From the NCBI GenBank assembly GCA_964646915.1, contig CAZYIH010000001.1, forward strand, positions 1 through 44,538: DNA of 44,538 nt, given 5' to 3'. The position numbers and the translations under genes were made by a program. Shown in pieces: positions 35,387-43,349 of this stretch. Positions within the stretch are counted from its first letter, which is position 1. The number at the start of each line of letters is the position of its first letter. This DNA comes from an uncultured Planctomycetaceae bacterium. GTDB lineage: Bacteria; Planctomycetota; Phycisphaerae; SM23-33. The notes beneath the pieces are model-generated. The model was not told where the DNA came from. It worked only from the letters and a program-made list of their open reading frames with translations, and did not search any database.

Positions 35387-35953
35387 ATGACGAACGTGCA
35401 CACATTCCCCGCCCATCGACGCACACGCCTGGCGATGTTGGTGGCGGCTGGGGTGCTGGGTTTGGCCAGCGCCACGAGCGGCCAATCGGACGGTAACGCA
35501 CCGGCCGACGCCAACGGTCCGACGACCCAGCCGACCACGGCTCCGGCGGTGCGCGAGGAGCCGGCTCCGCTGCTGTTCCGCGACGATGCAAACGACGTCT
35601 CCCCGGGCGGCGGCTCGGACATGCTCTCCAAGATGACGGTTTCGATCGTTGTGGTGGGCGTGCTGGGCGTCGCTGCCTGGATCGCCATCAAAAAGCTCGG
35701 CCCCCGGGTGGGTCTCCAGAGCGGCAGGAAGATCAACGTCGTCGAGACCGTCTACCTGGGCCCCAAGAAGTGCCTCCACCTCGTGGAAATTGACGGCCAA
35801 CGCCTCTTGCTGGGATCCACCGCCGAGGGCGTGAGCATGCTCTCGCACCTGCAGGCGTCCGACGCCATCGAGGGCGAGGCGACGTTCCACATGGGTGACG
35901 AGGGCGATACGTCGCCCCCGAATCCCGGCCCTGCTGCGGGGGGTGGCGAATGA
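35387..35953 (+). CDS. fliO: flagellar export-gate assembly protein FliO-like
   Basis: Central TM helix (MTVSIVVVGVLGVAAWIAI), then KINVVETVYLGPKKCLHLVEIDGQRLLLGSTAEGVSMLSHL, the FliO signature. ATGA overlap with fliP. Start is uncertain (35387 ATG, 35396 GTG or 35435 ATG). Confidence 0.65.
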   Translation: MTNVHTFPAHRRTRLAMLVAAGVLGLASATSGQSDGNAPADANGPTTQPTTAPAVREEPAPLLFRDDANDVSPGGGSDMLSKMTVSIVVVGVLGVAAWIAIKKLGPRVGLQSGRKINVVETVYLGPKKCLHLVEIDGQRLLLGSTAEGVSMLSHLQASDAIEGEATFHMGDEGDTSPPNPGPAAGGGE

Positions 35954-36777
35954 TCCTGCGGCGCGGTGTGATTCTGCTGACACTGGCGGCTGTGCTGGTG
36001 ATGGCTGCCCCGGCGGCCGCCCAGAACGACGGGCCTTACGACCCGGTCGTGGCCGTCGATGCCGACGATCCGAACAGCAACTCGCTGCCCGACCTCGAAC
36101 AGATGCTCGCGCTGGTCAACCGGGCCGGCGACCCGAATGATCCCAACTCGGTGCAGTGGTCCTCGCCGATCAAGCTGGCGCTGGTCTTCGCGGGTTTGGC
36201 GATTCTGCCGTCGTTGCTGGTGATGGTGACGTCCTTCACCCGGATCGTGATCGTGCTTTCGTTCGTCCGACGCGCCCTGGCGACGCAGACCATTCCGCCG
36301 AACATGGCCGTCATTGGCCTGTCGCTGTTCCTGACGGTCTTCACGATGTCGCCCACGCTCAAAATGATGAACAAGAAGGCCTTGCAGCCTTACCTGGCTG
36401 AGGAGATCACCTTCGCCCGGGCGGGCGAATTGGGGGGCGATGAGCTCAAGCAGTTCATGCTCCGTCAGACCCGGCGCAAGGACATGCAGGTGTTCCTCGC
36501 GATGGCTGAGATCGAGCCCAAGACCGTGCGGGATATTCCGATGCACGTGATCATCCCGTCGTTTGCGATCAGCGAGTTCCGCACCGCTTTCGAGATGGGA
36601 TGCATGCTGTTCATCCCGTTTCTGCTGATCGACATGGTGGTGGCCGGCATTCTGCTCTCAGCGGGCATGATGATGTTGCCGCCGATGATGGTCTCGCTTC
36701 CGTTCAAGATCGTGTTGTTCGTGCTGGTGGACGGCTGGAGGCTGGTGGTGGTGGGCGTGGTCCGCAGCTTCCACTGA
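35950..36777 (+). CDS. fliP: flagellar export gate protein
   Basis: Signal peptide, then LLVMVTSFTRIVIVLSFVRRALATQTIPPNMAVIGLSLFLTVFTMSP... and MLPPMMVSLPFKIVLFVLVDGW. Confidence 0.95.
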   Translation: MILRRGVILLTLAAVLVMAAPAAAQNDGPYDPVVAVDADDPNSNSLPDLEQMLALVNRAGDPNDPNSVQWSSPIKLALVFAGLAILPSLLVMVTSFTRIVIVLSFVRRALATQTIPPNMAVIGLSLFLTVFTMSPTLKMMNKKALQPYLAEEITFARAGELGGDELKQFMLRQTRRKDMQVFLAMAEIEPKTVRDIPMHVIIPSFAISEFRTAFEMGCMLFIPFLLIDMVVAGILLSAGMMMLPPMMVSLPFKIVLFVLVDGWRLVVVGVVRSFH

Positions 36778-36831
36778 CGTTGGAACAGTTCCCCCGGTGC
36801 GGTATGCGCCGGCTGAAAGTGAGCGAAACGC

Positions 36832-37101
36832 ATGAACCCCGACATGGTGGTATACATCGGCAGACGGACGCTGGAGACGGCGATGCTGATTGCCGCTCCG
36901 TGCCTCATTATCGTGCTGGTTACCGGTCTGTCGACGGCCATCTTCCAGGCGGTCACGTCCGTTCGCGACATGACGCTGGGGATGGTGCTGAAGATTGCCG
37001 GCGTCGGCGTGGCGCTGCTGTTGTTCGGCGGCTGGATGCTCCAGACGCTGCTTGGATTCACCCACGAAGTGTTCACCTACATGCAGGCGATGACTCAGTG
37101 A
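36832..37101 (+). CDS. fliQ: flagellar export gate protein
   Basis: 89 aa, two TM helices; TLETAMLIAAPCLIIVLVTGLSTAIFQAVTSVRDMTL matches FliQ. Confidence 0.93.
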   Translation: MNPDMVVYIGRRTLETAMLIAAPCLIIVLVTGLSTAIFQAVTSVRDMTLGMVLKIAGVGVALLLFGGWMLQTLLGFTHEVFTYMQAMTQ

Positions 37102-37104
37102 TTG

Positions 37105-37863
37105 ATGATCGACCCATGGATTGCCATCCTGCTGCCGTTCATGCTGCTGCTGACGCGCATCTCGGCGATGTTCAACGTGTTCCCGGTGTTCAGCTGGGGA
37201 TCGATTCCAGTGCGCGTACGCGTGACGATGTCGCTGGCGGTGACGGTTTTCTTCGCGACGATTCTGCCGGTTCCCGAGGTGGCCAAGGGGCATGTCCATT
37301 GGTTGGACGCGCTGGTGCTGATCGGGGGCGAGGCGTTGGTCGGCGGGGGGATCGGCCTGGCGGTGGGCATCTTCTTCACCGCGGTCCAGCAGGGGGGCAT
37401 GCTCATGTCCCGTTCGATGGGTTTCGCCATGGCCCGGATTGTCGACCCGGTCACCGGTCAGCAGGCCAGGGTGATCGACCTGATCTTCCAGATGGTCTTC
37501 CTGCTGCTGTTCCTGGCCACCGACGGCCATCACATGCTGCTGCAGATCGGGCATATCAGTTTCAAGATGTTCCCGGTTGGCGAGATGCCCGAGATCGGCA
37601 TGCTGGTCGGCGGACTGATTCGCGCGACCTCGGCGATGTTGAACTACGCCCTTCGTCTGGCGGCTCCGGTGCTGGCGGGGTTCCTGGTGCTGTCGGTGGT
37701 GCTGGGCGTGCTGGCGCGGATCGCCCCGGAGATGAACATTCTGATGATCGGTTTTCCCCTGCGCATTGCGCTGGGTTTTTCGCTGGCGGCCGCCGTCGCC
37801 TCGACGCTGGACGAATTCGTGATGCAGCTGACCCAGTGGGTTCGGCTGAACCTGTTTCTCTGA
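37105..37863 (+). CDS. fliR: flagellar export gate protein
   Basis: Polytopic; LLLTRISAMFNVFPVFS...GEALVGGGIGLAVGIFFTAVQQGGMLMSRSMGFAMA is typical of FliR. ATG at 37105; a TTG at 37102 directly abuts the fliQ stop. Confidence 0.9.
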   Translation: MIDPWIAILLPFMLLLTRISAMFNVFPVFSWGSIPVRVRVTMSLAVTVFFATILPVPEVAKGHVHWLDALVLIGGEALVGGGIGLAVGIFFTAVQQGGMLMSRSMGFAMARIVDPVTGQQARVIDLIFQMVFLLLFLATDGHHMLLQIGHISFKMFPVGEMPEIGMLVGGLIRATSAMLNYALRLAAPVLAGFLVLSVVLGVLARIAPEMNILMIGFPLRIALGFSLAAAVASTLDEFVMQLTQWVRLNLFL

Positions 37864-37886
37864 CCCGAAGATAGGAGCCCGCGGAC

Positions 37887-39005
37887 ATGCCAGAGTCTGC
37901 CGGCGAAAAAACAGAACAACCTACGGAACAGCGCCTACGCAAGTCCCGCGAGGAGGGGAACATCCCCAGCTCGCAGGAGGTCCCCTCGGCGGCGATGATG
38001 GGCGTGCTGTTGATCTGCCTGGCGATGACCGGCCCGGCGGTGTACGAGTTCTTCGTCACCAACATGCGCGAGTCGATGTCGCTGCGCTATAACGGCCCCC
38101 TCGACGCCCATGCGATGGGCGAACTGTTCTACGCCAAGGGCTCGGGGCTGGTCTTGCAGCTCATGCCCTTCCTGGTGGCCGGCGCGATCGTCTCGGTGCT
38201 CTCCAGCCTGCTCACCTCGGGGTGGTCGTTCTCGCCCAAGGCGGTCAAGCTGGACATCACCAAGCTCGACCCCATCAAGGGGACGAAAAACCTCTTTTCG
38301 GCCAAGGCGCTGGTGAATCTGCTGAAATCGATAATCAAGCTCACCATCGTGGGTCTGCTGTCGTACTACTTCCTCAAAGCCAGGAAAGAGGAGCTCCTCG
38401 CCCTTCGCTACGACACGCCCACCGAGCTGGTCGGGCAGACCGCGGCGATGGTGATGGGGCTGATGCTCCGGATTGTCCCGGCGCTGATCGTGCTCGGCGT
38501 GGCCGACATGATCTACCAGAAGTGGCATTACAAGAAAAAGCTCCGCATGACCAAGCACGAGGTCAAAGAGGAGAACAAACAGCAGGAAGGCGACCCGGCC
38601 TTGAAGGGACGCCGGCGCAGCCTGCAGTTGGAGGCGGCCCGCAAGCGGATGCTTTCGGACGTTACGACGGCCGACGTGGTGGTCACCAACCCGACGCACT
38701 ACGCCGTCGCCCTGCGATACGTCCCCGAAGAGAACGACGCGCCGGTCGTGGTCGCCAAAGGCGCCGATCTGCTCTGTGCCCGCATCAAGGACCGCGCCCG
38801 CGAGCACGACATCGCGATCATCCAACGGCCTCACCTGGCACGATCGCTCTACGCCACCACCGAGATCGGTCAGAGCATCCCGTCGCACCTGTTTACCGCG
38901 GTGGCCGAGGTGCTGGCGGTGATCTTCAACCTCCGACGCAAACGCCAGGGTCATACCGGCCCGGCCCGTAAGCCCAACCGCCCGAACAACCCCAACCAGA
39001 GATAA
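37887..39005 (+). CDS. flhB: flagellar export switch protein
   Basis: GEKTEQPTEQRLRKSREEGNIPSSQEV N-terminus, four TM helices, and the NPTHYAVAL autocleavage motif. AGGAG SD. Confidence 0.95.
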   Translation: MPESAGEKTEQPTEQRLRKSREEGNIPSSQEVPSAAMMGVLLICLAMTGPAVYEFFVTNMRESMSLRYNGPLDAHAMGELFYAKGSGLVLQLMPFLVAGAIVSVLSSLLTSGWSFSPKAVKLDITKLDPIKGTKNLFSAKALVNLLKSIIKLTIVGLLSYYFLKARKEELLALRYDTPTELVGQTAAMVMGLMLRIVPALIVLGVADMIYQKWHYKKKLRMTKHEVKEENKQQEGDPALKGRRRSLQLEAARKRMLSDVTTADVVVTNPTHYAVALRYVPEENDAPVVVAKGADLLCARIKDRAREHDIAIIQRPHLARSLYATTEIGQSIPSHLFTAVAEVLAVIFNLRRKRQGHTGPARKPNRPNNPNQR

Positions 39006-39024
39006 ACACCCGTAACGAACGCCC

Positions 39025-41160
39025 ATGAGCCAGGACCACCCACAACTCGCCGCCGAGGAAGCCCCCCGCAGGGGAATCAGCCGACTGCTCGCGCACAACG
39101 ACATCCTGTTCGCCGGCGGCGTGGCGATGATCCTGGCGACGATGCTCATCCCGCTGCCGACGTTCGTGCTGGACATGATGCTCTCGTTGAGCATCGCCGT
39201 GGCGCTGGGCACGCTGATTCTCGTGCTGGCGACCAACGAGCCGGTCGAGCTGTCCACGTTCCCGTCGCTGCTGCTGGTGCTCACGCTGTTCCGCCTGTCG
39301 TTGAACGTCGCATCCACGCGATTGATCCTGCTCAACGGCGATGCCGGAAAGATCATCGCCACGTTCGGGCAGTTTGTGGCCGGCGGAAACCTGGTGATCG
39401 GGCTGGTGGTGTTCCTGATCCTGGTGATCATCCAGTTCGTGGTGATTACGAAGGGAGCGGAGCGCATCAGTGAGGTTGCGGCGCGATTCAATCTCGACGC
39501 CATGCCCGGTAAGCAGATGGCCATCGACGCCGACCTCAACGCCGGAACCATCGGCGAGGAGCAGGCCAGGCAGCGACGCGAGAAGATCGCCCAGGAAAGC
39601 GAGTTCTACGGGGCGATGGACGGTGCGTCCAAGTTCATCCGGGGCGATGCGGTGGCCGGCCTGATTATTACCGCGATCAACCTGGTCGGTGGATTCCTGG
39701 TGGGCATGACGAAGGGCATGGACGCCTCCCAGAGCATGGCGCGGTTCTCCATTCTCGCCATCGGCGATGGGTTGGTCAGCCAGATTCCCGCGCTGCTGAT
39801 ATCCACCAGCTCGGGCTTCCTGATCTCCAAGACCGCCTCCAAGACGAACCTCTCTGCGGACCTGACGCGGCAGATGCTCACCAAGTCCCGTCCGTTGGGG
39901 ATCGCGGCGTTCCTGCTGGCGGCGCTGATCTTCGTACCGGGCTTCCCCAAGCTGCCCTTCGCGGCGATGGCGATTTTTGCCGGGGTGCTGTCCCGCTCGC
40001 TGGGACGGTCCAAGCGCGAGGCGAAGAAGGCCGCCGAAGCCGAGCAGCAGAAGGACCCCTCCGAGATTCCGCCCGAGCCCGAGACGCCCATCGAGGAGTT
40101 GCTGGAGGTGGATCGCGTCGCGGTCCAGGTGGGCCCGAGGCTGATCAAGACGGTCGATCCGCGGCGCAAGGGCAGTCTCTCGCACCGGATCAGCCCGCTG
40201 CGGCGGAAGTTTGCCCAGCAGTATGGCATTGTCCTGCCGTTGGTACGCCTGCGGGACAACGTCACGCTGGAGGCCACCGCCTATGAGATTCGCCTGCACA
40301 ACCACGTGGTGGCAAGGGGCAATCTCGAGCCGGACATGTTCATGGCCATGGACCCGGGAACGGTGACCACGCCGGTGAAGGGCAAACCCGCTCACGAACC
40401 GGTTTTCAGCCTGCCCGCCCTGTGGGTGACCGTCGAGCAGAAGGAGGAGGCCGAGATGTCCGGCTATACCGTGGTGGACCCCGAGACGGTACTGGTGACG
40501 CACCTGTCGGAAACGTTGCGGCGGCACGCTTACGAGTTGCTCAGCCGCGATGACGTACAGACCCTGGTGGACCGCCTGCGCGAGAAACAGCCCGCCCTGG
40601 TCAACGGCGTGGTGGGCGAGACCGTCTCGATGGGATTGCTCCACCGGGTGTTGCAGAACCTTCTTCGCGACGGGATTCCGGTCCGCGACCTGGCGCACAT
40701 CATCGAGGCCGTCGGCGACAACGCCTCTCGTACCCAGGACGCCATGCTGCTGACCGAAGTGGCCCGCAAGGCGGTGGTGCGCACGATCACCGAACAGCAC
40801 TCCGACGAACTCGGACGAATGATCGCCCTCGTACTGGACCCTCAGCTGGAGTACGAGCTGCGCAACAGTCTGTCGCGCGAGTCGGACGGGGAGGCGCTGA
40901 TGCTCGCCCCGGACCGGGCGATGGACCTGACGCGCCAGGTGGCCGAGGCATGGCAGAACGCCATGGAAGCCGGTCACGACAAGGTCGTGTTGCTGTGTGA
41001 TTACCGCATTCGTCCGCATCTGGCGGGTCTGTTGTCGCGTCAGCTCCCGCAGCTTCCGGTTATCGCCTACGACGAGGTCGCCAACAGCGCGAAGATCGAG
41101 TCGATCGGGACGATCAATCTTGCCCCGGTCGGTGCCGAAGCAATTTCCAGTGGTTCGTAG
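39025..41160 (+). CDS. flhA: flagellar export gate protein
   Basis: 711 aa; FPSLLLVLTLFRLSLNVASTRLIL, ITKGAERISEVAARFNLDAMPGKQMAIDADLNAG, EFYGAMDGASKFIRGDAVAG. Confidence 0.96.
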   Translation: MSQDHPQLAAEEAPRRGISRLLAHNDILFAGGVAMILATMLIPLPTFVLDMMLSLSIAVALGTLILVLATNEPVELSTFPSLLLVLTLFRLSLNVASTRLILLNGDAGKIIATFGQFVAGGNLVIGLVVFLILVIIQFVVITKGAERISEVAARFNLDAMPGKQMAIDADLNAGTIGEEQARQRREKIAQESEFYGAMDGASKFIRGDAVAGLIITAINLVGGFLVGMTKGMDASQSMARFSILAIGDGLVSQIPALLISTSSGFLISKTASKTNLSADLTRQMLTKSRPLGIAAFLLAALIFVPGFPKLPFAAMAIFAGVLSRSLGRSKREAKKAAEAEQQKDPSEIPPEPETPIEELLEVDRVAVQVGPRLIKTVDPRRKGSLSHRISPLRRKFAQQYGIVLPLVRLRDNVTLEATAYEIRLHNHVVARGNLEPDMFMAMDPGTVTTPVKGKPAHEPVFSLPALWVTVEQKEEAEMSGYTVVDPETVLVTHLSETLRRHAYELLSRDDVQTLVDRLREKQPALVNGVVGETVSMGLLHRVLQNLLRDGIPVRDLAHIIEAVGDNASRTQDAMLLTEVARKAVVRTITEQHSDELGRMIALVLDPQLEYELRNSLSRESDGEALMLAPDRAMDLTRQVAEAWQNAMEAGHDKVVLLCDYRIRPHLAGLLSRQLPQLPVIAYDEVANSAKIESIGTINLAPVGAEAISSGS

Positions 41161-41210
41161 CAGAGACCGCCTGCTCACTCCGATAAGAGAGCAGTTGTTG
41201 GGAGAATACG

Positions 41211-41483
41211 GTGAACCGAATCGCAGTACTGATCGCGGTATTGGGCCTGTTCGTGCTGGCAACGGTCAGCACGATCTGTGGTGTGCCCGCCCCGGACGCG
41301 GCCGTCAGGGCCATGATGGGGGCGATCATTCTGTACGTGGTGTCCCGGGTGTCGGGGCAGGTGGTGTCGCGAGTGATTGCCCACGCCATGCTCCAGCAAG
41401 GTTCGCCCGAGTGGCAAACCGAAGGTGCCCCCAACGTGACCGTGACGGAAGAGCCAACTGAGGAACCGTCCAGTGAGCAGTGA
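41211..41483 (+). CDS. small two-TM membrane protein with acidic tail (90 aa), unknown function
   Basis: GTG start with GGGAG SD. Two hydrophobic helices (IAVLIAVLGLFVLATVSTI; AMMGAIILYVVSRVSGQVV). The 3' end overlaps the fliA start by 11 nt. It occupies the slot where flhF/flhG usually sit. Confidence 0.5.
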   Translation: MNRIAVLIAVLGLFVLATVSTICGVPAPDAAVRAMMGAIILYVVSRVSGQVVSRVIAHAMLQQGSPEWQTEGAPNVTVTEEPTEEPSSEQ

Positions 41484-42240
41484 ATCCGACAAATCCAGCG
41501 GGTCGACACTGAGGGCCCGGGCCAGCGCCGCTTACGCGAACCAGTCGCGTGAGGCCGTCGAGGAACGATGGATCCTCGACCACCTGCCCCTGGTGCGCCA
41601 CATCGTCCAGAAGATCGCCTCGCAGGTCGCCAAACGCGAGGATATCGAGGATCTCATCTCGGCCGGTACGCTCGGGCTGGTCAAGGCCGCCCGGTCGTTC
41701 GACCCCACCCGCGAAGCCGAGTTCAAGACTTACGCCTACATCCGCATTCGCGGGTCGGTCATCGACGAACTCCGCAGCCGTTCGTTCGTGCCGACGGCCG
41801 TCCATAAGCAGATCCGCACCGTCAAGCAGGCCTACCAGCAGTGGTTGAGCGAGCACGGTGCCGCCCCCACCGACGAGCAACTCGCAGCCCTGCTGAATAT
41901 CCCCATCGAGCAGCTCTACAAGGTGCTCGAAGAAGCACGCAAACAGCACTTTCTGTCCATTCATGGTCTCGCCGACGAGTCGCCCGAGTTGGACGCCCTC
42001 GTCCCTGCCGACAACGACCACTGCCCGCAGGAAGAGGCCCAGCGAAACGAAACACTGGGTCGCCTCTCCAAAGCGATCATGGAACTGCCCAAACGCGACC
42101 GGATCATTCTGATCCTCTATTACGAGCGCGATCTGACGATGAAAGAGACTGCCGCTGTGCTGGAGATCACCGAATCCCGCGTCAGTCAGTTGCACGCAAG
42201 CGCGATGTTCAAACTATCCATGAAACTTAAGAGCAAATGA
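41473..42240 (+). CDS. fliA: flagellar sigma factor sigma28
   Basis: Region 2 (LPLVRHIVQKI...DLISAGTLGLVKAARSFDP...FKTYAYIRIRGSVIDELR), region 3, and region 4 (ILILYYERDLTMKETAAVLEITESRVSQLHASAMFKL). GTG start. Confidence 0.92.
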   Translation: MSSESDKSSGSTLRARASAAYANQSREAVEERWILDHLPLVRHIVQKIASQVAKREDIEDLISAGTLGLVKAARSFDPTREAEFKTYAYIRIRGSVIDELRSRSFVPTAVHKQIRTVKQAYQQWLSEHGAAPTDEQLAALLNIPIEQLYKVLEEARKQHFLSIHGLADESPELDALVPADNDHCPQEEAQRNETLGRLSKAIMELPKRDRIILILYYERDLTMKETAAVLEITESRVSQLHASAMFKLSMKLKSK

Positions 42241-42244
42241 CACC

Positions 42245-42499
42245 ATGGCCCCCGAGCTGGGACATTCCGTCAGTCGGCTGAGTAACGCCACGGAGATTCA
42301 TCGCCTCGAATCGGTCGCCCATGCCTCCGACGAGGTCCGCCGCCGACGGGACCGCCAGGAGCAGCAGAAGAAACGACAGAAGAAAAAGGATCAGGAGCAA
42401 CCTGCCTCCGACGAGGCCGACGAGATGGAAGGCAGGCTCCTGCCCGCACCGGACGACGACTATGACGATGGCGAAACGCACCTGGACGTTCTGGTGTAA
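42245..42499 (+). CDS. small highly charged hypothetical protein (84 aa)
   Basis: ATG 4 nt after the fliA stop. Basic stretch RRRRDRQEQQKKRQKKKDQEQ, followed by an acidic tail. No family recognised; coding status rests on position and frame only. Confidence 0.4.
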   Translation: MAPELGHSVSRLSNATEIHRLESVAHASDEVRRRRDRQEQQKKRQKKKDQEQPASDEADEMEGRLLPAPDDDYDDGETHLDVLV

Positions 42500-42525
42500 C
42501 CCGCCCACAGGAGAGAACGACAATC

Positions 42526-42777
42526 ATGGATGTGCTGAAGAAAAACAAAGTGACCGCCGCCGGACGGCGACCGTTGGGTGCGGCAGCGTCTGTACCGACG
42601 CCCGAGAAGGCCTCGTCGGCCGACTTGCCCGACGAGGCACCCGGGGCGGTGGATCCGGCATCTGCCCCTTGCGGCGAGGCCCGTGCGACCGTCCATCCGC
42701 AGGAGGACGGAACGTGCGTCATCGAAGTGACCTGCTCGTGCGGAAATGTAATCCAGATCCAGTGCATTACCCAGTGA
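42526..42777 (+). CDS. small Cys-containing hypothetical protein (83 aa)
   Basis: GGAGAG SD 10 nt upstream of the ATG. Disordered N-terminus, then a compact C-terminus PCGEARATVHPQEDGTCVIEVTCSCGNVIQIQC with five Cys. No family recognised. Confidence 0.5.
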   Translation: MDVLKKNKVTAAGRRPLGAAASVPTPEKASSADLPDEAPGAVDPASAPCGEARATVHPQEDGTCVIEVTCSCGNVIQIQCITQ

Positions 42778-42806
42778 ACTTCCTCCTACAACCAGGAGCA
42801 TCAACC

Positions 42807-43337
42807 ATGAAACGCATTGCCCTTTCGCTTGGACTTGTCGCCCTCGTGGCTGTTTCGGTCGGCTGTGAGCAGGTGACCATCAAGGCCGGTCCCGATCCTG
42901 ACGACATCGCCTCCGAGCAGGACCCGTACGCCGGCGAGCCGATCGGCTACCTGCCGTCCACGAGCATCAAGGGCGGCGAGCAGTCCCGCAACGCCGACTC
43001 CGCCGTCGCATCGGCCATGGAAATTCAGGAAAAGTACGCCAAGGCCATGGAACGCATGATGGAGATGCAGCGGCAGGTGGTCGCCATGGAGAAGGCCAAC
43101 CACGAGCTGGCGAAAAAGCTGGCGGCGATGGAATCGGCCCGGACGCAGGACGCCCGCGAGCTGAAGGACGCCAACGAACGCCTTTTCGAGATGAAAAAAG
43201 ACCTCGAAACGTGGAAGAAGAACGTCTTCGGCTTCCAGGGCGAGATGCGCCAAGCGCTGGTGGCCATCATGAAATCGCAGGAACGCGTCCTGAAGCTGCT
43301 CGGAGCTGAGCAGATCAGTGTGAACCGGTCCAATTAG
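42807..43337 (+). CDS. coiled-coil lipoprotein (176 aa), unknown function
   Basis: ATG at 42807 (AGGAG SD) inside ORF 42321..43337. Signal peptide with lipobox-like LVALVAVSVGC. The C-terminal ~110 aa are heptad-rich (AMERMMEMQRQVVAMEKANHELAKKLAAMESAR...). Confidence 0.65.
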   Translation: MKRIALSLGLVALVAVSVGCEQVTIKAGPDPDDIASEQDPYAGEPIGYLPSTSIKGGEQSRNADSAVASAMEIQEKYAKAMERMMEMQRQVVAMEKANHELAKKLAAMESARTQDARELKDANERLFEMKKDLETWKKNVFGFQGEMRQALVAIMKSQERVLKLLGAEQISVNRSN

Positions 43338-43349
43338 CCCGGAGTCCCC

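Noticed and set aside
41179-41186. TCCGATAA, a 7/8 match to the sigma28 -10 element, upstream of the small ORF and fliA
   Set aside because: No TAAA/TCAA-like -35 lies at 15 +/- 1 nt (the sequence there is GCAG/AGCA). It is kept only as a note within the flhA-fliA finding.
38926-41262. 778-aa ORF on the minus strand
   Set aside because: It is antisense to flhA, one of the most conserved proteins in the window, and has GC-artefact composition (Arg/Gly/His/Gln-rich).
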